Assembly (NCBI GenBank): GCA_976226885.1 | Contig: OZ320321.1 | Location: forward strand, 4,154,001 to 4,218,000 | Source of the DNA: Iphione sp. A-MEVVRFRX5 | Taxonomy: Eukaryota | Length of the DNA stretch: 64,000 nucleotides | Direction: 5' to 3' | In this document: positions 48,528 through 59,879 of the stretch, piece after piece | Position numbering within the stretch: position 1 is the first letter of the stretch | Layout of the letters: each line of letters opens with the position of its first letter | Notes under the pieces: generated by a model | Told to the model about the DNA's origin: nothing | The model's database searches: none | Seen by the model: the letters and a program-made list of their open reading frames with translations, nothing else | Made by a program: the position numbers and the translations under genes

Positions 48528-49079
48528 TTACGGCATGGTAGAGAATGTTAGCATATGGGGGGGGGGGCATGGTGAGGAGAACAGAGTACCAACAAGAAAG
48601 CGGGGTTGTGTGGGGTAAGTGGAGAACCTATTCCTATAGATGAGCACCACTCGTACAGCTGCTTCGCGGATGGGGTTGTTGGATTTTATATAACAGAACG
48701 CCGAAAATTGTTTGTGAAGTGCAAGCATAATCAGGGTATCCCACGAAGGCAGAAAGTGTCGCGGGAGCCGAGGCTTGTTATAAGTACGGAGATAGTGTTC
48801 TATGAGAGTAGACAAGGGGATCTGAACCAGAGTAAGGTCCAGGTTGAAGAAGGAAGATCGCCAAGAGGTCAGTTGGTCAGAGACCGATGCAAAATTGTCA
48901 CACGCAAGGTGTTCCAGCAGAAGATGACGGCCCATAGAAGAGAGTGAGGGGTGTCGCAGGCCCGTATGAGTTTGAAACAAAGCCCTGACAAGTTCATAGA
49001 TGCAATCTCTCAACGCAGGTTGTTTCCCTTTGCATAGCTGATCTGCCCTATGTTGCAGGCGCCCTCGACATCTGGACAT
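48528..49079 (-). CDS. Accessory ORF P2 (183 aa, unknown family)
   Basis: Intact; QPALRDC...GLRHP...FFNLDLTLVQ...PSWDTLIMLAL; splice acceptor 2 nt before ATG. Confidence 0.72.
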   Translation of the reverse strand: MSRCRGRLQHRADQLCKGKQPALRDCIYELVRALFQTHTGLRHPSLSSMGRHLLLEHLACDNFASVSDQLTSWRSSFFNLDLTLVQIPLSTLIEHYLRTYNKPRLPRHFLPSWDTLIMLALHKQFSAFCYIKSNNPIREAAVRVVLIYRNRFSTYPTQPRFLVGTLFSSPCPPPHMLTFSTMP

Positions 49080-49206
49080 ATCTAAAAAGAGGAGAACCCG
49101 ATTGTTGGCTCTATAAAATAGTGTAATGGGGGTTAGGTGGAGTCATTCTTTTGTCCTTTTTCCTAAGGGAAATTCATCTTTATGTAACCTAAGTCAATGA
49201 CTAACC

Positions 49207-49758
49207 CTAACTTTCTGTTCTTACTACTTTGCAGGAGGGCCAGGCAAGGGTTTCCCATTCATCCGCGGAGACAGGGTTTCGCCTAAACAAGCCTGCAGTG
49301 CAGGATTTCGGGGTTGGAGATCCTGTTCCCTTAAGATAGGTCTCAATTGCCTTGATAGCAGCTTGGTTCCTCCAGGAAGGGCCATAGGGAACCTGACATC
49401 GTTCTTCACAAAGAGCCAACATGATGAGAGTGTCCCATGTCGGAAAGAATATTGGGGGTAAGTGCGGTTCTATTCCATGTTCCAGGTATGTTTGTATATT
49501 CCGCCTTAAAGCCAGCTGTACAAGAGGTAGCTCAAGCTTGAAAAAGTGGGAGTTTCGGTCAATACCGGCCATGTCTGGTTTGTTAACACACAAAGTGAGT
49601 CTGCATAGGAAGTCCCTTCTTTCTACAGAGGAGATGCAGGGGTGTCGCAACCCCTGGGTTGGTCTGAATAGAAGAAAAGAGAGGTGTGGAATGCAGTCTT
49701 TCAGTGTAGGAAGTCTACCATTTCTTAGGACGCGCTCTCGACTGTAGATGGAGGCCAT
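49207..49758 (-). CDS. Accessory ORF P1 (183 aa, unknown family, paralog of P2/P3)
   Basis: Intact; motif LP.L.DC...GLRHP...FF.LEL.LVQ..L...PTWDTLIMLAL; splice acceptor 3 nt before ATG. Confidence 0.72.
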   Translation of the reverse strand: MASIYSRERVLRNGRLPTLKDCIPHLSFLLFRPTQGLRHPCISSVERRDFLCRLTLCVNKPDMAGIDRNSHFFKLELPLVQLALRRNIQTYLEHGIEPHLPPIFFPTWDTLIMLALCEERCQVPYGPSWRNQAAIKAIETYLKGTGSPTPKSCTAGLFRRNPVSADEWETLAWPSCKVVRTES

Positions 49759-50658
49759 AGCCTACAGATTAAATCAAATCAAAACAGAACTCATAAGGAG
49801 AATACACGAAGGCATGGTAAGGGGGTATATGGCTAGAGGGACCTAGTCTGGGGGCGTAAATTAGTAATGTATACTTGGCTTGGACTCGAGCTCCTTGGCT
49901 GAGTTCGCAGCGTGTGGGCTCTACTTGGCTCCAGCCTTCGTATATGGCAGTAGGGCGATGGGGAAATGCGCTGGAGGGAGGCGAGGAGGTAGCTAAGCTC
50001 CAAGTCTCCCCCGGTGGTGGTCGGTGCCCTTCTGCATGTGAATGGCTTATGACCGCTGTGTTACGCACTCAGGTAGGAGGCATGGCAAAGAGAGAGAGCA
50101 CACGAGTAAGACAGAGCGAGGCAAGGAGACGAAGTAGCGAGAGATCCACCCGGATCTCTGCCAATTAACCTTTTCCTTTCTAATGACTTGTTGATTTGTG
50201 TGCACTGTTCTAATGACCTGTCTTCTCCCTACTTTCTTGTTGCATCATGGTAGCATGGTTACAACTTCTCAGCATTGTTCATGGTGTTACTTAACTAGAG
50301 TTTTCCTGGTCTTCCCTGACGTAGGAGGCGAGGATTTCCCTCTTAGGGGGCGTGACCCCTTCCCTATATCCTGGGGTGCTCACCCGGTAAGGGGGCACTC
50401 CTTTTCCTTCTTTTCCTTGGATGCGTAGAATGTTCGGCTGATCTACGAGGGGATAATCTTTTATCTCCTGTGCAGTGTCTTTGCGACGCTCCTATAAGTA
50501 GTCTACATGTACTCCTCCTTCCACCACATCTCCAAAGAGAGTGGATTTACGATAAAGTGGGGTGAACTTATAAAGACTGACAAATATTAAAAAAGAACTG
50601 TGACAGTAATAAAGGGAGTCCGCTTCTAGGAAAAAAAGGGGGTATAAGAACCTCTTCA

Positions 50659-53600
50659 TCAGTGTCCCTTTTTAACGAATAATTTCCGAGCAAGAGACTT
50701 CCATCGAGATGTAACCAACTGAGCAGGGGGAGAGGCTTGAGGAGTTGATTTTGTGGCCAGAGTATGGACAGAGGACCAAAGGCGACGACTGCATCTTAGA
50801 TTCAATGCAGGGGGCGGGCTCAGAGGTGTTCCAGAGGAGGGTGACTCAACCTTGGAGGTCTGGGGGCCTGGGGGTCCAGGATAAATAAAGGGGTCATTCC
50901 CCTCAGGATCCTCTTTGGGGTTCTTCCAAACAATTATCTTCTTTGTTCCCGGAGGAATGGTGAATTTCTCAAGTTTGACTACAGGATTCATGTCGTGCAG
51001 TTGATTGGCCTCACTAGGGGAGGGCGATTTACGAGTTCGTTCCATAAAGCGAATCACACCCTCATCTTTTTCTGTATCGGAATCCTGAGTGTCAGGGGAA
51101 GAAGAATCAGAGGAAGTCTGTTCCTCTACCTGTGTATTTGAGGGAGACTCCTCCTCTTCCTGTTCCAACCCGGGCAAGCCAAATCCGACATCAAAGTCCT
51201 CAGGATCAAGTGGTTTATCCTCCGTCACAAATTTGTCAGGGACAGCCACTTTAGTGGATTCGGGGGAGGCTGGCAGATCCTCTTCTCCCAGGGAAATTAG
51301 AATTGCCAGAGAAGGGTCTTCTTCTGGGCTGGTGCGCATAGGAGTTTTCAAGGGGGGTAATAACTGCGTCCTCCTGGGAGGAAATAGGGCTGACTGAGCC
51401 ACATAGTCCCGTGGATTGGGGACTGTCCGGGGGTAGGTCTTCGTGGGAAAGATTCTCATTATGTATTTCTTTGTTAATCATAGGCCCCACAGTCCTGTTC
51501 ATTTCAGGCGGCTGGTGGTGACTGGTCGAGAGAGATGACGGTTTGTCTGGAGACATTTCAGATAAACCGTAGAGGGGGTGTGGAATTCTGTAATGGCATA
51601 GGGCCCATGATAGACTCGGGCCAGCTTCAGCTTGAGGAAAGGATCCCTAAGCTGTGGCATGTAAAGCCAAACCATGTCTCCCTTCTTTAGTTCAGGGCTA
51701 TAGGCCCTGTCATCAAATTGGTCCTTCATGACGACAGAGTATTTCTCTGCAGTCTCCTCAGCAGCCAAATTAGCCTGATGTTGGGTATGGAGATGCTCCC
51801 CCAACCTTTCCTGGACCGACATTGGTTCATCCTCAGGAAGAGGAACTGAATCCATTTCTGGACGGCACGGCTCATAGCCATTCAGAAGAAGGTAGGGGCT
51901 CTGACCGGTTCTAGGGGCCTTAGTGGTGTTTAATGCAAAGCAGATAGATGGAAGACAAACGTCCCAATTGTTCTGATTTTTACTTACGTAATTTCGAAGG
52001 ACTGTCAGAAAGGAGCGGTTAGCCCTTTCCACTAACCCTGAGGTTTTGGGGTGACCTGCTGTAGTGAACTTTTGTTTCATTCCATTTTGTCGGCAGTAGT
52101 TCATAAAGCGGTCCGATATGAAAGCTGAGCCGTTGTCCGATACTATAGTGTTGACGGTGCCAAAACAGTAGACAACATGTTCTTTAAATTTGGAAATGAG
52201 AGTGTCTGCCCGTAAGTCCGGTTGGGCCTTTTCCTGTTGATGGCAATCCCTCAATGGCATCCATACTTATGGTGTTCCAAGGAGTGGGAGCGGGGTCTTG
52301 GAGAGTGAGGGGGGGCCTAATCGGCCTGGTCATTCGTGTTGTTTGACAACACCTCACGCAGGTGGCATAGTAGTCATGTACATCCTCACTCATTCCTGTC
52401 CAAAACAAGGTCTCCCTCATTTTAGATAGCATTTTCACCAGACCTAGGTGGCCTGCATGGGGGGTGTCATGGTTTTGCTGAAGAAACTTTTCTCTAAGAA
52501 GACATTTTGAACAGAACACTTTGATAGAGGAAGAAATCTTCCTCTCTGAGAAGCACCCAAGCACCGTTTTGTCATCAAGAGGCTACCATACTTGATGAAT
52601 GAAACGGTTTGTTTACAAAAGGCATCGTTCCTTTGGGCTTCCAGAATCTCTGATAAAGGGATATGGGAAGATTTGAGAAGCCTTTCTGCTCCCGATTGAA
52701 GGACAAACTGTCTCTCTCTCCTCTTTCGATTGTTAGGCCCCTTCTTGGCAAGGAGGGGGTCCGTAGGTTTATCTTCAGAGGTGCCGGGATCCGGCATCAC
52801 TTCCACTGCTCCAGTGGGAAGAGGGGAGGGGGAGGATTTGGAGGCTTCCAGGGATATTTGTGACATGGGGGTGCGGTCTTTCTTGATGGGAACATTGAGC
52901 CTGGACAATGCATCAGGTACTGCATTGGAGGCACCTGGGACATTGGACTGTATAATTGAAGGGCTGAAGGAATTCCATCCAGCGAATCACCCTTGTGTCC
53001 TTGTGCTCCAAGGACTTGGTTACAAGAATGTGAACTAAGGGGTTGTGGTCCGTTTGTATACAGAACTTTGCGCCCTCGAGATAGACCTTCCAGTGCTTTA
53101 CGGCATAGAAAACAGCAGCCATCTCCTTGTCTGTGGTCGAGTAATTGAGCTGCACTCCCTGAAATGCTTTTGCCCGAAAGGCAACAGGTTGGATATTCCC
53201 TGAGTTGTCTCTCTGGGACAGGCTGGCGCCCATGCCGTAGTTACTGGCGTCCATGGCGAGAAAGAATTCTCGACCAAAATCAGGGTAGACGAGGAGTTGG
53301 TCGTCCATACATGCTTGCTTGAGTGTTTGAAATGCCTCCTCCTGGGTTGGGCCCCAGAGAAATGGAACATGTTTTCTAGTTAGGTCGTAAAGGGGCTTAG
53401 CCTTCAGGCCGTATTTTGGGATAAACTTTCGGTAGTACCCTGTCATTCTCAAGAATCGTCGCACCTGTCAGACAGTTACTGGCATCTTCATGTCCTGTAT
53501 TTTGGCAATGTTGTCGGGTGCTGGTCTGATTCCATCAGTCATGATAATGTGACCTAAAAATTTGACTTCTGCACGACTGATTTCACATTTAGAAGGTTTT

Positions 53601-54942
53601 AATTTAAGCCCGGCTGCAATAAGTCTGTCCAAAACCTGACCAAGATCTCTCATATGTCTCTCAAAAGTGGGAGAGAAGACAACGATATCATCCATATAGG
53701 CAAGGCAGATTTTGTACTTAAGACCGGACAGAACCATGTCCACAATGCTCTAGAAAGATGCAGGGGAGTTTTTGAGTCCCATAGGCATGGTCTTATAACG
53801 GTATTTGCCGGTGGGAGGCAGAAAGGCAGTCTTATCTCTATCCTCATCTCGAATGGGAATCTGGTGGAAGCCCTTTTCTAAATCCATTACCGAAAGGAAT
53901 TGAGGTTTGCCGTTGCCGACGGCATCAATTATGTCGTCAACTCGAGGAATGGTGAACATCTGGATGACTGTCTGAGTGTTTAAGTTCCAGTAGTCCACAA
54001 CTAACCGAAACTTACCATTTGGTTTAAGAACTAGAAACCTCCTGCCTTTTCTAATATTCCTTTGCTTTCCTAGTCGGAGACAATGCGATGAAGCTCATCT
54101 CTCATCATTGGCAACATACGAAAAGGTTGGGCTTGGGTGGGGGTACAGTCAGGGGTAAGCTCAATACGGTGTTGGACTAAGGAGGTCCTTCCAACCGTTC
54201 CATCAAGGGAAAAAGCCTCCCATCTGGAGTGAAGGAGCTGTTGGCAGATCTCTCTCTGCCTAGGAGTGAAATTAGACTCAGAAAGATCTACAGGGATGTC
54301 AGGGGGGGTTGGATGGGGTCTAACGGGGGGTGTTTTGTGTGAGAGCAGAAACGTCATAAGGAACTCCTTCAGTGAACAACCCAACTCGAAGACCTCTTCA
54401 CAAGCTTTGAGGCTTCTGAGAGTAGTTAAGAAGGGAGATGGGTACCCGGTTATTGTGGACTCTGACTAGGGTTTCCTTGTTGGAGACGACCGGCCTAGGG
54501 GTAGCTTTTAGAGTGTCCCTATACATTCCTTCCTCAGAGTCAAATGACTCCCCATTTCCCAGTATCAGTGCCCACACCAAGGTCTCAGACCTGGGCTGGA
54601 GCAAAATATCCACTGGCAGGATGACAGCGAAGGTCTCTTGAGGTTGGGGGGTGAAGAAAAGGTTGATAGAGAACTGGTGTAAAAAGGTTTGTCCCAAAAT
54701 GATGTCATAAGACAAGTTGTTAAGGACATGGAGTTGGACCGGATAAAGGAAATTGTCAATAGGGATTTAGATGTGAACGATATTGGTGGTTTTTGACACA
54801 GTGCCATTCGCCATAATACACTCAGCGTTTGTTGGAACAACCTTTAGGTCAACATTTTCTTTTCGCAGCCGCTCGAAGGCAACTTGACTCAAGCAACATC
54901 TCTGAGTGCCTGTGTCGATTAATGCTCTGAACAAGGCACCTC
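50659..54942 (-). pseudogene. pol: Element B pol (PR, RT, RNase H, integrase, long acidic/Pro tail)
   Basis: ALIDTG, YDIILG, VMDLEKGFHQI, MPMGLKNSPASF, LAYMDDIVV, MDASNYGMGA, HDTPHAGHLG..CVRC, VSDNGSAF, HPKTSGLVERAN, YHGPY, tail with LRCSRRL. Confidence 0.93.
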
Positions 54943-55832
54943 CTAGTTTAAGTTCACTGGTACAATCAGGTGTGAAGGGGTGGCAAACGACTTCCGATCA
55001 GGAGCACTACTAGTTCTAGTCATATGGACCACCCTTTTTGTATTATGGCCCTTTACGGTCTCTGTTTTTGAGACTATTCCCAGAATTTCCTGGAGTTTGG
55101 GAGGGAGTTTGAAATCCGAAAAGAGCTGATGGTGATGAATCTCGTCGGGAAGCATAAAATGTTCGCCACCTGTAGGACAAGCTGGAATCCTCCCACACCT
55201 TGGCTTGAGTGTTTTTCGTGTAATCTTTGTACTCCAGAAAGTTACAGCATCATGGACACAAGTTTCCATGAACTCACAGTCAGGTCTACATTCACCCTGT
55301 TTGTGCTTGATGATAGATGACTGTATCAACATGAGAATGTGGTACTCAAGGCTATTAATACAATGGCACAATCACATTTCAACAAAACATTACCCTCCGG
55401 GTCTAACTCGGAAAGGCAAATACAATGATTAGGACAGTGTGAACAGTCAAAACAGAAGGATCATTTGTCAGCAATGATCGGGTTATTGTCCAGTACCTTA
55501 GTTCTACTCTGCTTGTGGGAAAACCTTCTAGGGCAGAGAGGGTGTGATTTTACAGTATGATACCGGAGGCTCTTAACCCATCCCAACCTTTCTTCTGGCT
55601 GCCGTGTCAAGGGTCGGGTCAGGATCAAGAGAAACCCTTTTTTATCACAGTCTGGGGGAAAAGGGGGGTTAAATGGGCTATCAGGGGAAGGACAAGGATG
55701 GTGGGGGCTTGACGGACAGGGGTTATGAGGGGTTTCACAATTCAGGTGAAAATGGGCCAGCATATCTTTCATTGCTTCATCCCATGGGTCACCAGTGTGG
55801 GACTCCCAACACTTGGGCTCGTTAGGAGCCAC
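54943..55832 (-). pseudogene. Cys/His-rich region between gag and protease
   Basis: ORFs 55461..55832 and 54943..55371; the latter is in frame with ALIDTG (protease) after one stop. Confidence 0.45.
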
Positions 55833-55834
55833 AC

Positions 55835-57434
55835 CTAGTTTCCCGCTTCTGGTGTTTTATTCTTAGCCAGGTGATCAATTTCCCTCTTTATCTGGTCCAT
55901 GATATGCTCCATCGCCATGATCTGGCCATTTCGAGGGTCAGGGTTGTATTGATCCAATGAAAGGGGGTAACGGTCAAAGTAAGGGAGGGTAGGGGAGTTC
56001 TGGTAAGTTGAAGGGTATGAGTTAAAGGGAAGACAAGGGCAGTATTGACAGGGATTAGGGCCGTGAGGACGGTAACCCCCGCGTGGTCGGCCCTCAAAAT
56101 GGGGTTTGGGGGCCACTACCTCTTTCCAAATCTCTCTTCTTAGTGTTACATTCTGGCGCAAAGTGCCCTGGATTGTGGCAGTAGTAACAAATCACAGTGG
56201 AATTGTCTGGAGGCAGAGGAAAGCCCACTGGAGTCCCTTGAGGAGGAGCAGTAGGGACCGGGACTGGTCTTTGAGCGGTTGGGGTGGGGCCTGTACCTGA
56301 GCATTTGAGGGGTGAAGGACAGGCGCCGGAGTGGCTGGGGATGTTCCTCCCAGAGTCTTAAGAGCATAGGTCATTATTTCGCCCGACAAGTCCTGCATAA
56401 TTTCTTTCGTGAGGGCGTTGACGATAGACTCCATGTCGGAAAGTCTCTTGCGTAAACCTCCCTGATGCCGCCAACGCTTGCAGACATCTTGCACAGCATG
56501 ATGAAAGGAAGGGACATCCCTATGGTCCATCATTTCTCTAAGCTTGGGGAGGATGTTTTCCATAAATATTCTCCCAGCCTTCTCATCACTGTCCTGGCCC
56601 ACTGCTATGCACACCCTCATGAGCCTATCCGCAAACTCACTGGGTGTCTCATCCCTTCGTTGCTTACAGCCTCGCAACCTTTCCGAAATTTCAGAACCTG
56701 AGGGACCCTTTTCTTTTAAAAGGAATGCTTTAAGAGTTTCCCAGTATCAGTGGCAGGCAATGTGAATGTGAAGAGTTCGGGGACAGAAGGCGCTTATCTT
56801 CTTGAAACACCTATGGATATAGGCGGGCCGGCGGGCATTTCCCTCTCCCTCTAACTGGGTACCATAAACAGCCTTCATATAGTCCTCATCATTGGGGAAA
56901 ATTAGGGAACATACCCAGCTTTCTTGGCTTAACAGTCAGTCTTTTGGTTAGAGCCTCTATTATATCACCTTCTGCCATTCTATCATGCGTACGCCTAGTT
57001 CCCACAGAAACAGCAGGGTTAGAACTTACTGATGGTCTGAAAGCAGGCAAATGAATCGGTGCTTGTGTCGAGCGTGGCTGCCTCGATGGTCCGGGCTGAG
57101 GGGAAGTACTTCGTGGCGTAATGAAGATCTGTCGACGGCTGGTAAAGGGGACTGTGGTTGTCGACTTAGGAGTTGATGTCTTTTGACGACAAGGGAAGGA
57201 AATTTCACCGGAGGAATCGTCACGAGATGCTGACTGTCCGGAAGACGAAGAGGAGGAGCGCCTGGTGTGGGTGTGCAGTAGATGGGGCCCCAATGGAATC
57301 TGAGGGCTGTCTGATGGGGAAGGAGAAAGAGTGGTGCGGCCTCTGGTCGAGGAGCAACTGCGCCATTCGCTAGCTGGGATGTGTGGTTTCCCGGAGGTGA
57401 CGCTCCTAGTGACAGGCGGGGAGCTGTCTGCCAT
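55835..57434 (-). pseudogene. gag: Element B gag
   Basis: Ser/Pro/Arg-rich N-terminus; capsid-like CKQRRDETPSEFADRL...IFMENILPKLR; RGG-rich end; frameshifts; no canonical CCHC seen. Confidence 0.75.
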
Positions 57435-57472
57435 GCATAGAACTCCATCAGGAGGGGCTTCAATTAGTTTCT

Positions 57473-57491
57473 GTGCCCGGGTTCTCCACCA
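57473..57491 (-). other. Primer-binding site of element B (tRNA-Ala-like)
   Basis: Minus strand TGGTGGAGAACCCGGGCAC, 1 nt inside the 5' LTR; complementary to a ...TCTCCACCA tRNA end. Confidence 0.7.
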
Positions 57492-57492
57492 G

Positions 57493-58961
57493 TGTGACGT
57501 TCTACACTCTGATCTTGGAGGAGTTCTTAGATTTTTTTTTTTTTTTTGAGGATGTCACTTTCCTCAGGGATCAATAGGGTGGGTATTGTGCAGGAAAGCA
57601 TCTCCGGGTTTTCTTCTCGAATCCTGGATTCCTTTCTTCTTCCGTGGTCAAGGGCGGCCTCCAGTCCTGGATCTTTTAGTCTTGAATCTGATGTTTTCTT
57701 TTTCCAGCAGGAATTAATAAAGTTTTGTGTTCATACACCTAACCTGTGTTGGTTGATTTTAGTTTTGAAGAGGCTTAAGATTATCACCTTCACAGAGTGA
57801 TGAAGAAGATGAAATAGAGGAACGAGGACCCTGAGTGTAGGGTTTCGAGGGCTTTATTCCGAGTACATCAGTGGGACGATACTCTTTTCCCCTCTGACAG
57901 TAAAGCTAAGCTGGCAGACGTGTGGCAGGATGAACTTACATTTGGTGGTGGGTTCAGGACTTACGAGGCAGACCAGAGCCTGTGGATCCAAGTCCGTGGC
58001 AGGAGGGTTGGAGTCCTTCTTAGTCGGGAGTCTTCCCGACTGGGCAGCTGCCAGTAAAAGACCAGAGGATAGGTGGCTCCTACAGCAGGGCTCTGGCCTG
58101 GTCTCGGCCACTCAAAAATGCTGGGTACTGAATCTCATATTTCGCAACCCTAACTGATTTTAAAACTCTCTCTCCTCTGGGGAAGATGTGCAGCCTCTTT
58201 ATATACGTCCCTGGTCCCAGGCTCTCCCTTCTTACTGGCTGAAAAGGGGCTATTCTGATTGGATGGTTGGGAGAGAGAACTGCTCTGATTGGCTCACATA
58301 AGTAAGCACCCCAAAGTGAGGCCCAAGATATCAAAGGGATTCCAGGTAAAGACAGATGGGGGCCCTAGAAATTGCACAATCCATTGGTGAAGACTAATGA
58401 GGGCCATAAACGTCAGTTTAAGCTAAAAGTGTACCAGAATTCTCATAAAGTTTGTACTCAGGGCCATAACGCCTGTCAGTAGCTAGGAAAGATAATTGGA
58501 TGGGTGATGAGGCAGGAGTCCAGGTCCTTTGGAAAGGCCGACATCCGGGTCTAGCTCATTCGAGGGAGGAACTCGGGCTGGAGTCACAAAGACAGGAATT
58601 TGTTGAGTATGCTGGACACCCAGAAGTAGGGCCATAAAGAAGGAGAAAATATTCTTCACCTGTCGGATTCCTATCGAGTTGAGTTATTAGGAGATAGGAA
58701 TCTCTTTTGATCTGGTGACTACCCTTCAGATGGGTTGCGAAAGAAAGGGATTACTCACACCTGCTTAGATTGCTTTGAGTTGCATCATAAAATGTTGGGA
58801 ATCTGCTGACTGTCTTTTTTGAAGGGAACGTTGGTGTCCCTGGAGTGGGAAAGGGTGGGACAGGTATATAGTAAATGCCGAGTCGGCATGGAAGGCTCAG
58901 ATGAGGTCGAATTCGCCTTCCCACAATGGAGTCGATGTTTAAGAGAGTTGTTGATCTAACA
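57493..58961 (-). repeat. 5' LTR of element B
   Basis: Colinear with 33038-34500, with scattered, mostly transition, differences. Confidence 0.95.
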
Positions 58962-59879
58962 CTCGCATTACTGGAGTTGAAGTCAGGCTCCGCACGGAGT
59001 GACAGTTTTGTATAAATAGTGGGCCAGGCAGTGCTTCCTAGTCATTAGTGTTCTACATCTTCAGAAATAAACTGCATCAAAGTTACTCAGCTAGTTGTGT
59101 CTCTTGGATCAGGGCATACATTATCAACTAGGTATTGTTATAGGTCTGAGAGAGGTCTAGCCTCTTCTGCTAGTGATAAAAACTAATCAATAATTGTTTA
59201 TGTTGCAAAAGTACATCAAGTCCCATCTTAGTGCAGTGTGAAGAAGTATGATGATGAATGACATTGGAACATTGATTGGAAGTTCATCAAAGATAATTGG
59301 CTCTTGTAGATTTTAATTTTGTATATAGGTCGAAGTTAAGACACACCAACAACACACTGAAGTACAGTTTTAGGCAGCTTTATTCAATCCCATTTTATTT
59401 TTGTACATAGAGTTTTGAATATAAGTTAGACTTATTCGAAAAGATACTTAGAAGTACATACATAAATCAGATGTTGCAGATGTTTCTAGTGTGGTATGTG
59501 ATTTCTTACAATGTATTCTATTGGTATTACAAATGATTGGATTATCTTGCAAGCACCTTCAAATTTTCAAGGAAAGAATAATTATAACATGAAGGGAACA
59601 ACTGACTTCACAACTCAGTCTCATTGAAACTATTGTTGCAAAGAAAAATGTCCAATAATATGGTATTCTGTATTGTAAATGATATATGATAATCAAGTAA
59701 ATAACTCTTTGTAATGCTTGAATGTTCTTCATATATACCTGTTGTATCTAGGATCATTTGATGATAACAAATAATGACAGTCTCACAAAGGAAATAAATT
59801 TCTTTTGCAATTTCCTTGTATACTGGTTAGCAAAGTGTGTTTGAAAATTCTGCAATCCAAGTGGGAATCAAACTTCCAT

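Larger units (their letters stand above)
33038..58961 (-). mobile_element. Giant (~25.9 kb) env-bearing Gypsy-type LTR retroelement B
   Basis: LTRs 33038-34500 and 57493-58961 (TGTGAC...CTAACA). CTCG TSD at 33034-33037 and 58962-58965. PBS, PPT, gag, pol and env are all on the minus strand. No internal LTR seen. Confidence 0.93.
24946..59120 (+). mobile_element. Gypsy LTR retrotransposon A (old, degenerate), 3' LTR split by element B
   Basis: 5' LTR 24946-25132 (TG..CA); 3' LTR 32996-33037 + 58962-59120; TTAT TSD at 24942-24945 and 59121-59124; PR-RT-RH-IN order. Confidence 0.9.

Noticed and set aside
57854-58334. ORFs conserved in both B LTRs (also 33405..33885)
   Set aside because: Conservation follows from LTR identity; they have non-ATG starts and no recognisable motif.
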